Source: Candidatus Gottesmanbacteria bacterium (lineage in GTDB: Bacteria; Patescibacteriota; Microgenomatia; UBA10105; UBA927). From it: a stretch of DNA of 64,000 nt. Shown here in pieces: positions 23,555 through 33,352 of the stretch; within the stretch, counting starts at the first letter, position 1; the number at the start of each line of letters is the position of its first letter. Where the stretch lies: positions 4,589 to 68,588 of the forward strand of contig CAIJMI010000004.1 of NCBI GenBank assembly GCA_903821745.1, written 5' to 3'. The notes beneath the pieces were generated by a model. It did no database searches. It had not been told where the DNA came from and was given only the letters and a program-made list of their open reading frames with translations. The translations under genes were made by a program, and so were the position numbers.

Positions 23555-23875
23555 TTAAATAAGTTTTTTTAATTCTCCCATAATCATGTCTTTACTTTGA
23601 AGACCTATCATCTGTTTTACAACCGCTCCGTTTTTAAATATCATCAAGGTTGGAATTGACATAATACCGTACTTCCCAGCAGTTTGTGGATTTTCATCGA
23701 CATTGACTTTTCCCACTTTTGTTTTTCCTTCCATGACGTTGGCTACATCTTCAATAATGGGTCCCTGTGTTTGACATGGACCGCACCAGACCGCCCAAAA
23801 ATCAACAAGTACGGGAATGGTACTTTTCATGACTTCCGTATCAAAATTCTGATCAGTTAAAACAATATCGGCCAT
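23555..23875 (-). CDS. trxA: Thioredoxin
   Basis: DFWAVWCGPC; AAGGAGG SD before ATG at 23875. Confidence 0.95.
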   Translation of the reverse strand: MADIVLTDQNFDTEVMKSTIPVLVDFWAVWCGPCQTQGPIIEDVANVMEGKTKVGKVNVDENPQTAGKYGIMSIPTLMIFKNGAVVKQMIGLQSKDMIMGELKKLI

Positions 23876-23948
23876 ACGCCTCCTTTTTTGTTGCATCAAT
23901 TATCACATGTAGTATACTATATTTCTTATAAGAACATCGGAGAAATTT

Positions 23949-24371
23949 ATGCGCATATTTTTTGGTGGACCACTCACAGATTTAAAAGATCCGGAAGCGA
24001 CAAAGTCATTTTATTCAAACATGGCGTCTGTTGCGACTAACCTGAATTTTGAATTTTTCTGGGCATTTTTAAACGGAACGGACCCGATTAAAAACCCGGA
24101 TGTCTCTCCGCAGGACGTCTATAACCGTGATATTGCTGAACTTGATAAAAGTGACATCATGATTGCCTATATTGGCGAACCAACAACCGGAACAGGTATT
24201 GAAATTGAACATGCCTATCATACAGGAAAACCCGTTATCATTCTCTATGAGCAAGGAAAAAACGTCAGTCGTATGCTCCGCGGCTGTCCTGCGGTCAAAA
24301 AAGAAATAGTATTTTCTTCACAGGAAGACGCCCTTGCACAACTAAACTCCTACCTTTCACGCATTAAGTAA
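23949..24371 (+). CDS. Nucleoside 2-deoxyribosyltransferase / DNPH1-like N-glycosidase
   Basis: VYNRDIAELDKSD...TGTGIEIEHA..GKPVI..VSRML pattern. Confidence 0.75.
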   Translation: MRIFFGGPLTDLKDPEATKSFYSNMASVATNLNFEFFWAFLNGTDPIKNPDVSPQDVYNRDIAELDKSDIMIAYIGEPTTGTGIEIEHAYHTGKPVIILYEQGKNVSRMLRGCPAVKKEIVFSSQEDALAQLNSYLSRIK

Positions 24372-24376
24372 TCAAA

Positions 24377-24577
24377 TTAAAGAACGCGATACCCCAACGT
24401 TTCTATTGCCTCTTTAATTCTTGCCAATATGATCTTTTTTTCATCGAAGGACACATCAACAGTTTGTTTTGCATAGTTTGCCTTTGCCTGCACTCCAATG
24501 TCTGCAAGTTCCCCTTCAATCAAAAGTGAACAGCTAACACAGTGCATACCGGATAACTTCAATTGGTGTGTTTTCAT
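24377..24577 (-). CDS. copZ: Heavy-metal (copper) chaperone, HMA domain
   Basis: 66 aa with GMHCVSC and terminal LGY. Confidence 0.85.
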   Translation of the reverse strand: MKTHQLKLSGMHCVSCSLLIEGELADIGVQAKANYAKQTVDVSFDEKKIILARIKEAIETLGYRVL

Positions 24578-24587
24578 ATATTTTTCC

Positions 24588-25607
24588 TTATTCAATAATA
24601 AAACTTCCTCGATACATACCCATACTACACATAAATGGGAGATTTCCTTTTTTCTGTGGCGCAGTAAATTCGATGGTTGCCTGATCTCCGACAGCAACAT
24701 TTTTTTGAATATTGAGCTTTGGAATGGTGAAAAACTGGATACACCCCCCACCGGAAACATTCTTCACAACAAGCGTAATATGTGATCCTGCCTGGATATG
24801 TGGATTATCGATTGTATACGAGGAAGCATGAATGGTAATTACGGGGGTAGTAGTGACTGCGGTTGAAGGAGTGCTTTTTGTACCAACCAGATTATCACAA
24901 TACGATATTTCGCAGTATAACGATCGGATACTTCGCGTTATATCGAATCCGGAAATTGCTGCAGCGTTGGAAAGATTCCAAACAGCAAGCCCGATAACAA
25001 GTGCTGCTGCAATCGGGGTAAAGTATTTGGTAAAAAACGTTGATGCAGCCTGGATAACAACACCAAACAGAACAAACAATGGCATGGTTCCAAGAGTAAA
25101 GGCAAAAAGAATACTTGCTGAGACAATTGGGTTGCCATATTGGAGTGCCTGTACCATCATTGCCTGTGTTGTCCCGCAGGGAAGAAAAATCGTCAGCATA
25201 CCGACAAAAAGCGGTGCAAACCAATTCAGGTCATGGGATTCTTTACGTGCCAGTTTATATAAAAACCGTGGCGGTTGAATGACCACGTACCGGAATATCG
25301 GATGCACCTGCAGTAAATTGAGCGCTGTTGCGATCATAAACAGTGACGCCACACTCATAAGAATGACCCGCGTGGCAACTGTCATCTGAAAATAGGAGCC
25401 GATCCACCCCAGAAGAAACCCAAGGACGGTGTAAGCAAAAATTTTACCGATCAGGAAGACACCAACAAGTCCCAAGGTTTTTTTAAATGTAAGCATTTTT
25501 GCCTCCTGGGTTGCAATAACACTTGCCAGGAGCCCACCTTGGACGGCCATGCAGCCGATACCGCCGGTGATCAGTCCTGTAAGAAAGATAACAATAAGAT
25601 TTGGCAT
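24588..25607 (-). CDS. DsbD_2/TauE-like membrane protein with C-terminal cupredoxin-like domain
   Basis: GCMAVQGG, FLPCG, FTLGTMP; C-terminal FMCSMGMYRG. Confidence 0.8.
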   Translation of the reverse strand: MPNLIVIFLTGLITGGIGCMAVQGGLLASVIATQEAKMLTFKKTLGLVGVFLIGKIFAYTVLGFLLGWIGSYFQMTVATRVILMSVASLFMIATALNLLQVHPIFRYVVIQPPRFLYKLARKESHDLNWFAPLFVGMLTIFLPCGTTQAMMVQALQYGNPIVSASILFAFTLGTMPLFVLFGVVIQAASTFFTKYFTPIAAALVIGLAVWNLSNAAAISGFDITRSIRSLYCEISYCDNLVGTKSTPSTAVTTTPVITIHASSYTIDNPHIQAGSHITLVVKNVSGGGCIQFFTIPKLNIQKNVAVGDQATIEFTAPQKKGNLPFMCSMGMYRGSFIIE

Positions 25608-25617
25608 AGTTCGTCTA

Positions 25618-25664
25618 TTGACAACAAATCACTACTCATCTATTCTATCCCCATAGGGGGTATA
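25618..25664 (+). promoter_or_regulatory. csoR promoter with CsoR-type operator
   Basis: TTGACA-N17-TATTCT directly followed by the C/G-tract pseudo-palindrome TATCCCCATAGGGGGTATA, between divergent copper genes. Confidence 0.75.
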
Positions 25665-25673
25665 AAAGTCAAT

Positions 25674-25955
25674 ATGCCAAAAGGAATTCCACGCGACCAA
25701 AGTGTCCAGCATACAATGCTTCACCGGTTAAAAATTACCCGAGGACAACTGGATAAGGTCATTTCCATGGTCGAAGACGGTCATTATTGTATTCATATTA
25801 TTCATCAATCCCTCGCAATTCAGTCTGCCCTTCGCCAAATTGACCAGATTATTCTCAAAAATCACCTGCAAACCTGTGTTGCAGATGCTATTAAGCATGG
25901 CAATGAAAAAGAAGTGATTGAGGAAGTCATGAAGGTTATGGAGAAAAAATCCTAA
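25674..25955 (+). CDS. csoR: Copper-sensing repressor, CsoR/RcnR family
   Basis: [19 protein letters not shown]...NHLQTC (C-H-C ligands). Confidence 0.9.
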   Translation: MPKGIPRDQSVQHTMLHRLKITRGQLDKVISMVEDGHYCIHIIHQSLAIQSALRQIDQIILKNHLQTCVADAIKHGNEKEVIEEVMKVMEKKS

Positions 25956-25962
25956 CATATAT

Positions 25963-28179
25963 ATGAAATACACCATCCCCATTTTAGGTATGCACTGCGC
26001 ATCCTGCGCAACCCTTCTCTCGCGACAGATTAAAAAAACGCCGGGGGTGACAAACGCAGAAGTAAATTATGGCAGTGAAGAAGCAGTTGTGGATCTTGCC
26101 TCCCCTTCCGATATCAAAACCGTTGCAGCAACGATTACCTCTCTTGGCTATACGCCAATTCTCTCGGATGATCCGACAAAAGAAGAGGAACAAAAAGAAG
26201 AAGCGCACACGAAACAAGTCCGAAATATGGAAAAAAGAGTGTGGATTAATAGTGTTCTAACGCTCATCGTGCTTCTTTTTACCTTGCCTGACATGCTTGG
26301 TATGCCAGTTCCCGCTTCCCTGAAGGAGCCCTTAATCTACGCATCAACGCTCCTTGCAACGATTGTGCAAATCTATGGAGGGTGGAGTTTTTATCAAGGG
26401 GCATTCAGTGCACTTCGCGTTGGAGCAACCAACATGGACACACTGATCGTTCTTGGCACAACGATTGCATATGGCTATTCCGTGTTTCATTTAATCGCAA
26501 CCTTATTAGGGCGAGCCGCAGGACTTCCAAAAGCCATGTTTTATGACAGCAGCACCGTTATTATTACCCTCGTGCTTCTTGGAAAATATTTAGAAGCAAA
26601 AGGAAAACATACCGCTGTTGAAGCACTGCGCGCCATCACGAAACTGGAATCAACAACCGCACATAAATGCATAGGGACAAAAATTGTGACCGTGCAAACA
26701 GCAACACTTCTTGTTGGAGATATTCTCGAAATCCGACCGGGAGAACGCATTCCTGTTGACGGCATCATCACGAAAGGATTTTCATCCATTGATGAGTCCC
26801 TTCTTACTGGTGAACCCATTCCCGTTGAAAAAACCGTGGGTGATGAACTTATTGCAGGTACGATCAATACAACTGGCGTTATCCGCATAAAAGCACTTGC
26901 TGTCGGCAAAAACACCGTGCTTGCGCACATTCAACATCTCGTCCATGATGCGCAAAATGCAAAACCGGATATTGCCAGGCTTGCTGATACCATTTCGTCT
27001 GTCTTTGTTCCGATTGTCATTATTCTTGGAGTAACCACCGCCATTGTCTGGCTCATGCTTGGTTCACCTGTTGATGCTATTGCAAAAAGTATTGCAGTCT
27101 TTGTTGTTGCCTGTCCCTGTGCACTCGGACTTGCAACACCAATGGCTGTTATCGGTGGAGTCGGACGCGCTGCAAAAGAAGGCGTGTTAATCCGATCAGC
27201 AACAGCACTGGAACGCGCTGGCAAAACAACAACCATTGTCTTTGACAAAACAGGAACCATTACCAAAGGAAAACCTAGTGTGACTAATGCGCACATTCTT
27301 GAGGCGTCAGGTATTCCATTTGTTCTTGCAATTGAGCAAGCCTCAGAACACCCGCTTGCAACTGCGATGCTTTCCTGGGCAAAAGCAAAAGAGATTCACG
27401 CGTCCAAAAATGAAACGTCACATATTACGGCAATCCCTGGTATGGGCGTTTCTGGAAGTATAGACAACAAACAAATTCTGATTGGGACTGAAGCATATGT
27501 AAAAACTAATAAGATTACTATCAGCACGAAAGAAAAACAAATGCTTACCGCATTGAGCCAGGAAGGGAAAACGATTGTGCTTGCTGCAGTCGAACAAAAA
27601 CTTGTTGCTATATTCGGTATTGATGATGAATTGCGGACTGAGGTCAAAGACGTAATTGCAACGCTTCACAACATGCATATTCACCCGATACTATTATCGG
27701 GTGACAGACAGGAAGCAACAACAAATAAAGCAAAACACGTAGGAATCACCGATGTAATTGCCGAAGTGAAGCCGGATGAAAAAGCTGCAGTGATAGAAAA
27801 ACTGCGATCCAAAGCCGCCGTCATTATGATGGTGGGTGACGGCATCAATGATGCACCGGCAATTGCAGCGGCTGATATTGGCGTAGCAATCGGTTCAGGA
27901 ACCGCAATTGCAAAAGCAACGGCAGATATGACGATTCTTGCAGATTCTTTAAATCGCATTCCATTTATGATTCACGTCAGTCGCCGTGTTATGCAAACCA
28001 TCAAACAAAATCTTCTCTGGGCATTCGGATATAACATTATTCTTATTCCTATTGCGATGGGCGTAGCAACCCCACTTGGCGTTACCCTGACCCCACCTAT
28101 GGCTGCATTTGCCATGGCAGCAAGTTCGTTATCTGTGGTAGTAAATTCCCTTAGACTCTCACGGATAAAAATGGCATAA
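25963..28179 (+). CDS. copA: Cu(I)-translocating P1B-type ATPase
   Basis: [45 protein letters not shown]. Confidence 0.95.
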   Translation: MKYTIPILGMHCASCATLLSRQIKKTPGVTNAEVNYGSEEAVVDLASPSDIKTVAATITSLGYTPILSDDPTKEEEQKEEAHTKQVRNMEKRVWINSVLTLIVLLFTLPDMLGMPVPASLKEPLIYASTLLATIVQIYGGWSFYQGAFSALRVGATNMDTLIVLGTTIAYGYSVFHLIATLLGRAAGLPKAMFYDSSTVIITLVLLGKYLEAKGKHTAVEALRAITKLESTTAHKCIGTKIVTVQTATLLVGDILEIRPGERIPVDGIITKGFSSIDESLLTGEPIPVEKTVGDELIAGTINTTGVIRIKALAVGKNTVLAHIQHLVHDAQNAKPDIARLADTISSVFVPIVIILGVTTAIVWLMLGSPVDAIAKSIAVFVVACPCALGLATPMAVIGGVGRAAKEGVLIRSATALERAGKTTTIVFDKTGTITKGKPSVTNAHILEASGIPFVLAIEQASEHPLATAMLSWAKAKEIHASKNETSHITAIPGMGVSGSIDNKQILIGTEAYVKTNKITISTKEKQMLTALSQEGKTIVLAAVEQKLVAIFGIDDELRTEVKDVIATLHNMHIHPILLSGDRQEATTNKAKHVGITDVIAEVKPDEKAAVIEKLRSKAAVIMMVGDGINDAPAIAAADIGVAIGSGTAIAKATADMTILADSLNRIPFMIHVSRRVMQTIKQNLLWAFGYNIILIPIAMGVATPLGVTLTPPMAAFAMAASSLSVVVNSLRLSRIKMA

Positions 28180-28189
28180 TAGATCTACT

Positions 28190-28621
28190 ATGAACACAAA
28201 CCTAAAATCTTTAAACCGAATTATTTTTGTCCTTTCCATAGCAGGACTGATTATGGGCATGTACGTTCTCCAAAGTTTCTTGCGTCAAACCGGTATCGTT
28301 TGTTTGACTGGCGGCGGATGTGAAGCAGTCAGAAAAAATGCTCTCTCCTACCCATTTGGCATCCCGGTTCCTGCTATTGGTGTTGCAGGATACACATTTT
28401 TAATGGTTCTATCATTCCTTCGAACGTTCAAAAACAATAAAGGATTATTGTGGGGAACATTCGGTATGGCACTGTTTGGTATTTGTTTTGTCTCCTGGTT
28501 TACGTATACGGAGCTATTTCTCATCAAGGGAATTTGTATGTGGTGCGGTATATCAGCAATAAACATGTATATTATCTTTGGATTGACACTCAAAAGTTTG
28601 TCGATTGCTAAAAAAGTATGA
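28190..28621 (+). CDS. Vitamin K epoxide reductase (VKOR) family protein
   Basis: C..GGC..V, FGIP, TM helices, CMWC; translationally coupled to a DsbA gene. Confidence 0.88.
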   Translation: MNTNLKSLNRIIFVLSIAGLIMGMYVLQSFLRQTGIVCLTGGGCEAVRKNALSYPFGIPVPAIGVAGYTFLMVLSFLRTFKNNKGLLWGTFGMALFGICFVSWFTYTELFLIKGICMWCGISAINMYIIFGLTLKSLSIAKKV

Positions 28622-29244
28622 AACTTACATCTGAAACAAAACTCTTTGTCGGTATTGTTGCATTCACGGCTCTCAGTATTGCCATTGCACTCGTTATTAT
28701 GACGAAGCCAGCAAAACCAGTTGCAAAAGAGGTGTTACTTGCAAATGCAGTCCATATCATCGGACCCAAAGACGCAAAAGTGTGGCTGGTTGAATTTTCG
28801 GATTACCAGTGCCCTGCCTGCGGACAGTTCTATCCAGCCGTCAAACAGTTGACGGACAAATACAAAGATTCACTCTTGTTTGTCTATCGCAATTTTCCGC
28901 TTCCCATTCACGAAATGGCCCTTCCTGCAGCACGCGCAGCTGAGGCTGCCATGCAACAAGGCAAATACTGGGAAATGCACGATGCCCTCTTTACCGGACA
29001 GCGAGAGTTAAGTGATGCCTTTATCGCATCGGAGGCAGCCAGACTGGGACTGCGTATGGAAGCATTTAATCAGGACATCAAAAGCCAAATGATACAAAAA
29101 ATTATTGATACGGATGTTTCACTTGGTGATGCAATTGGTGTAAATGCCACACCGACGTTTTACTTAAATGGAACAAAATTGAACTTGAATACCGTCAATG
29201 ATCTTACCGTCGCTGTTAAAACTGCACTTACTAACAATAAATAA
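28618..29244 (+). CDS. DsbA-family thiol-disulfide oxidoreductase
   Basis: N-terminal TM helix, EFSDYQCPAC, RNFPL, GVNATPTF. Confidence 0.9.
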   Translation: MKLTSETKLFVGIVAFTALSIAIALVIMTKPAKPVAKEVLLANAVHIIGPKDAKVWLVEFSDYQCPACGQFYPAVKQLTDKYKDSLLFVYRNFPLPIHEMALPAARAAEAAMQQGKYWEMHDALFTGQRELSDAFIASEAARLGLRMEAFNQDIKSQMIQKIIDTDVSLGDAIGVNATPTFYLNGTKLNLNTVNDLTVAVKTALTNNK

Positions 29245-29257
29245 ATAGGAGGCATAT

Positions 29258-30019
29258 ATGTTTACGCTTACAGGTAAAGTCGCCCTGGTAACCGGGGCAT
29301 CCAGTGGTATTGGTCGTGCATCAGCACTAGCACTGGCTCATCAGGGAGCAAAAATTGCTCTTGCAGCACGCCGGGTCGACAAGCTTGAAACACTTGTTGC
29401 TGAAATTCAGGCAGCTGGCGGTGAAGCACTCGCCATTCCCACTGATGTATTAAAACAGGAAGATGTACAAAATGCAGTTGCCAAAACCGTTGCAACATTT
29501 GGGCGTTTGGACATACTTTTGAATAACGCAGGCATCGGATCCATTGAACAGACGCTCGATATGACCAGTGACGGATGGGACAAAGTAGTCAATACAAACC
29601 TAAAAGCGTATTTTTTTGTTGCACAAACAGCAGCCAAAGAAATGCTGAAAAATAAATTCGGCAGGATTATTAATATTGCCTCCATTCTTTCAGGCGGTGT
29701 TGGAAGCGGGATGGCAGGCGCAATCAATTACTGCGCTTCAAAAGGCGGCGTGGTTGCGATGACGGAAGGATTGGCGGATGAATTTGCCACACAAGGAATA
29801 ACGGTCAATGCCATTGGTCCCGGGTTTATTGAAACAGAAATGACCGCATCCGTGCAACAAATGCCTGATTTGTACAAAGGATTGCTTGCACGAATCCCCA
29901 TGAAACGGTTCGGAAAAGCCGAAGAAATTGCGGCAACCGTTGTATATCTGGCATCAGACGAAGCAAGCTACACGACAGGCGCAACCTTCTACATTGATGG
30001 CGGGTGGACAGCAAGTTAA
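29258..30019 (+). CDS. SDR family oxidoreductase
   Basis: TGASSGIG, NNAG, YCASK, PGFIET. Confidence 0.93.
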   Translation: MFTLTGKVALVTGASSGIGRASALALAHQGAKIALAARRVDKLETLVAEIQAAGGEALAIPTDVLKQEDVQNAVAKTVATFGRLDILLNNAGIGSIEQTLDMTSDGWDKVVNTNLKAYFFVAQTAAKEMLKNKFGRIINIASILSGGVGSGMAGAINYCASKGGVVAMTEGLADEFATQGITVNAIGPGFIETEMTASVQQMPDLYKGLLARIPMKRFGKAEEIAATVVYLASDEASYTTGATFYIDGGWTAS

Positions 30020-30702
30020 AGAAACAGGGCAACCGTCATATTCCAGAAAAAATGCACTAGAAGCGGTGGAATCAGGGAATGAGTCTGTACAAACAATATA
30101 CTGTTAATCACCCCGATTACCGTTGTAGTAACCAAAAAAAGAACGAGTGTGGTACCTTGAAATTTCAAGGATGTTGCCAGAATTGGAATATGAAATGCGA
30201 CAAACATGAGGGTGGACATAACAATGGAATACACCATGCGTTTTGTTTCCCGAAAAAGCCTTGAAAAGAAAAATCCGCGACTGAGTAGCTCTTCTGAAAA
30301 CGCAGTTGCAAGTGACAGAAGAGATAAAAATACAAAAGAATATGACGCAACGCTTGCAAGCTGCATCACTTGAATCGTTCCGTGCTTTGCAATATTAATA
30401 AGTACTCCTTCAAGCAAAAACACCACGCCAATCCCAAGCCCAATTTCTAAATTTTTGATTCCATTTTTTGCCGTTAACCCAACTGTGGCAATCCGTTCGT
30501 GCTCGCGGTGCAGTACATACCAGATGACTGGAACAACAAACACAAGAGGTTTAAAAATAAATTCATCAACCCATTCCGGCAAGTGAAAAAAATAGCGGTA
30601 GAGCGCCCAAATAAGAAGCTGCCATGCCCAAAATTGAAAAATCCATTCAGTCTTGTTCGTATGAACCGGTATCTGTTTTGTTTGTTTTTTCATACGTCCC
30701 AT
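30016..30702 (-). CDS. CPBP (CAAX/Abi) intramembrane metalloprotease
   Basis: EELLSRG, FVAFH, HFFWN. Confidence 0.88.
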   Translation of the reverse strand: MGRMKKQTKQIPVHTNKTEWIFQFWAWQLLIWALYRYFFHLPEWVDEFIFKPLVFVVPVIWYVLHREHERIATVGLTAKNGIKNLEIGLGIGVVFLLEGVLINIAKHGTIQVMQLASVASYSFVFLSLLSLATAFSEELLSRGFFFSRLFRETKRMVYSIVMSTLMFVAFHIPILATSLKFQGTTLVLFLVTTTVIGVINSILFVQTHSLIPPLLVHFFWNMTVALFL

Positions 30703-31194
30703 TTACTTTTTTATTCTAGCAATTTGTGTTTGCTTTAACAATTCTTCCATCGCACCGGTAAGTAATTCAATCACGGATAACGCCTGGTCCCTGCTGAGCA
30801 TACGGATGTTTCCAGGAAAGTAATGGAATACTAAATTTCTCCCCTGCTTCCAGGCATACCACAAATGATCCGCCACATCATTCCCATACCGGTTTTTCAG
30901 CTGTAAATACGCGCTTTTCCCGTGCAGCTGGTTTGCGATATTGGGATTTAACACCTTACCAATACGAAACCTGTTGCTTGCATAGTCATAGGTGGTAATA
31001 ATCCCAAGCTGCAAAAAAACATCTTTCAAAAATCCTTCATAGAGTTTTGCGAATGGAAAAACGAGGTAAGAATAATCCGTGGGTTCCTGATCTTTATGCA
31101 GAAGACTGTCTCGTATCAAAAACGCACCATCATCAACCAACACGTGCTGCTCTTTTATTAAATACTCCCACACAATATCACCGTGAGTAATCAT
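30703..31194 (-). CDS. Stand-alone HEPN protein resembling the RnlA/RNase LS C-terminal domain
   Basis: DYSYLVFP.AK.YEGFLK helix and C-terminal RNLVFH (R-x4-H). Confidence 0.6.
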   Translation of the reverse strand: MITHGDIVWEYLIKEQHVLVDDGAFLIRDSLLHKDQEPTDYSYLVFPFAKLYEGFLKDVFLQLGIITTYDYASNRFRIGKVLNPNIANQLHGKSAYLQLKNRYGNDVADHLWYAWKQGRNLVFHYFPGNIRMLSRDQALSVIELLTGAMEELLKQTQIARIKK

Positions 31195-31208
31195 ATGTGT
31201 ATCTTTTG

Positions 31209-31676
31209 TTATGCCCCGCGCAAAAAAAGAACTGTTTCAATGAAAAAAAAGACAATAGTTACAATCATTATCCATCCCTGAATGGTTGGTGATACGGGTT
31301 CAGCAACCATGCCATACCAACGGTTTAAGTGTTTTACCATCATCCATTCACCAAGCTGCCAGAAAACAAGTGTTAAATAAATAAGAAGAACCAATCCTGC
31401 AGCCAAAAAACTACCAGATGAAGAGACAACAAAAAAACTGACGACGGCAAAAAGACCAACAAAAACAACTGAGCGGAAGGGTGACGGATCAAGATGAAAA
31501 AATTCCTCGGCGGTTTCCAAAAAATACATACCGATCAAGCCTCCTAAAACGAAACTCCCGGTACTCCAGGTGGGATGAACGGTCCATTTTAAAAAACATA
31601 AAAAAAGAATATAGACGATGCTGCCGATAAGAAAAAATGATGGTTTTTTATGAAGAATAGAACGAACACTATGCAT
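31209..31676 (-). CDS. Hypothetical membrane protein
   Basis: About 5 TM segments; inside a minus-strand operon. Confidence 0.7.
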   Translation of the reverse strand: MHSVRSILHKKPSFFLIGSIVYILFLCFLKWTVHPTWSTGSFVLGGLIGMYFLETAEEFFHLDPSPFRSVVFVGLFAVVSFFVVSSSGSFLAAGLVLLIYLTLVFWQLGEWMMVKHLNRWYGMVAEPVSPTIQGWIMIVTIVFFFIETVLFLRGA

Positions 31677-31680
31677 ATAA

Positions 31681-31965
31681 TTATTGTATCACGATAAAAT
31701 CAACGATGTTTGGATCAAAAGAAATTTCGAGAAGGTCCACAGCTGTTACATTCGCTAAAAATGGCCCATTTCGAACGGCCCGCATCAAGACTTCGACTTG
31801 CTGCATTTCACCCTGCAAAACCGCTTCCACTGTTCCATCATCCCTATTGGTAATCCACCCAACAACTCCTAGTTCTTGCGCATGTCGCTTCACCCATTTT
31901 CTATATCCGATGCCCTGCACAGACCCTGAAACAATAATATGAATGGCGTATGGTACTCCGTTCAT
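31681..31965 (-). CDS. acyP: Acylphosphatase
   Basis: VSGSVQGIGYR, GWITNRDDGTVE; ATGA overlap with the upstream stop. Confidence 0.92.
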   Translation of the reverse strand: MNGVPYAIHIIVSGSVQGIGYRKWVKRHAQELGVVGWITNRDDGTVEAVLQGEMQQVEVLMRAVRNGPFLANVTAVDLLEISFDPNIVDFIVIQ

Positions 31966-32219
31966 ACTGTTTTTCGAAGTTCCTTCATTTTCCACATAAA
32001 AAGCCGGGGTTTACTCGTTGCATTGGCATCTTTCACAAATGTCAGTGTTTTTTCAAGAATTGCCCTGGGAACAGTTTTTGCAAGTCGAATATATAAAGAC
32101 TTATGTTTATAGTCATCCAAAGTTTCAGCCAAGTAGATCCCATATTTTTGAAACTCACGGGAGATATATTTATCCTCAACCGGATTAAAGGTTTGCAGTA
32201 TGTCTCCTAATTTTTGCAT
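31962..32219 (-). CDS. Hypothetical small basic protein
   Basis: 85-aa ORF tightly packed between pth and acyP (YISREFQKYG...KSLYIRLAK...LFMWK). Confidence 0.7.
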   Translation of the reverse strand: MQKLGDILQTFNPVEDKYISREFQKYGIYLAETLDDYKHKSLYIRLAKTVPRAILEKTLTFVKDANATSKPRLFMWKMKELRKTV

Positions 32220-32226
32220 AAAGATA

Positions 32227-32853
32227 TTAATTAAACCGGAGCATCGCCTTATCAATTCCTTCAGTCAGAGCAATGCGGACAGCTTCTGTTCCGTTTTTAA
32301 TCAGGTGTTTTAACTCCCCTGCCTCTCCTTGGGTAAAACGGGAAAGGACAAAGGAAATATCCCATTGATGCCGTTGATGTTGAGCTTTTCCTGCATTTCC
32401 TTTTTCAATATTTTCCGTGTCACGATCCCCTTTGCTAAATAACTTTCCCCGACCAATACCCAACCGGAACCGAATAAATGCATCGGTTTTAAGCTCCGAA
32501 ATAATAGAATCAACACCACGGTGTCCGGCACTGCTGCCTTTTTGACGAATTCTGATTTTTCCAATCGGCAAATCCATATCATCATGAATCACCCAAACAT
32601 CGGAAGGCTTCAATTTATAAAAATGCATAATGGCAGAAACCGCAACACCGGAATTATTCATGAATGTAATCGGCTTAACCAACAGGACTTCCCCGACTTT
32701 TGTTGTCATGGCGTTAAATTTTGGTTCTTCTTTCCATGAAATGGATTCTGGGGTTAATTCTTTTGCAAGTTTGTCAATTGTCATGAAGCCAATGTTGTGA
32801 CGCGTATCTTGATATTCGCTTCCAGGATTTCCAAGGCCAACAATAATTTTCAT
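32227..32853 (-). CDS. pth: Peptidyl-tRNA hydrolase
   Basis: IVGLGNPG..Y..TRHNIGF, KP.TFMNNSG, HDDMD, GH.G. Confidence 0.96.
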   Translation of the reverse strand: MKIIVGLGNPGSEYQDTRHNIGFMTIDKLAKELTPESISWKEEPKFNAMTTKVGEVLLVKPITFMNNSGVAVSAIMHFYKLKPSDVWVIHDDMDLPIGKIRIRQKGSSAGHRGVDSIISELKTDAFIRFRLGIGRGKLFSKGDRDTENIEKGNAGKAQHQRHQWDISFVLSRFTQGEAGELKHLIKNGTEAVRIALTEGIDKAMLRFN

Positions 32854-32875
32854 ATATGTGTTCCTCCCACCACTA

Positions 32876-32915
32876 CTATAAACACCACTCCCCTTCGGGG
32901 CAAGTGGTGTTATAG
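32876..32915. terminator. Stable hairpin / putative terminator
   Basis: AACACCACT..CCC-TTCG-GGG..AGTGGTGTT, between the DUF4870-like gene and pth. Confidence 0.55.
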
Positions 32916-32943
32916 AGCATATAGGTATCTCGCGAGATATCCA

Positions 32944-33276
32944 TTACTTCATTTTTTTGAGTTGTACTTCTGCAAGATTGCCGATATACGGAACCTTGTA
33001 CATTTCTCCTTGGAATGCTTTCCACATACAGACGATCCAAAGAACAAATGATGCAAAAGACAACAAAAGCCCAACTAACCATCCAAGAATTGGAATAAAT
33101 CCCAAAACAATATTTGCTATAAAAATTCCTCCAAAAAGAATAGTTGATTGCATTGCATGAAACCGCACAAATTTACTTTCTTTTTCCACAATAAGGAAAA
33201 TAATTCCTGTTACAAATGCGAGTAAATATGCAGCTGCTCCCATTAAATTTTCGTTGTTCTGTTTTGATTGTGCCAT
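32944..33276 (-). CDS. DUF4870-like small membrane protein
   Basis: GAAAYL...FVRFHAMQS...KAFQGEMYKVPYIG; GGAGGTG SD before ATG at 33276. Confidence 0.8.
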   Translation of the reverse strand: MAQSKQNNENLMGAAAYLLAFVTGIIFLIVEKESKFVRFHAMQSTILFGGIFIANIVLGFIPILGWLVGLLLSFASFVLWIVCMWKAFQGEMYKVPYIGNLAEVQLKKMK

Positions 33277-33352
33277 TAAGTAATCACCTCCATTCTTTCT
33301 ATAAATACAGCGTATCACGACTGCAATTTGCAGGTCAAGAAGAAAGGAGGGG

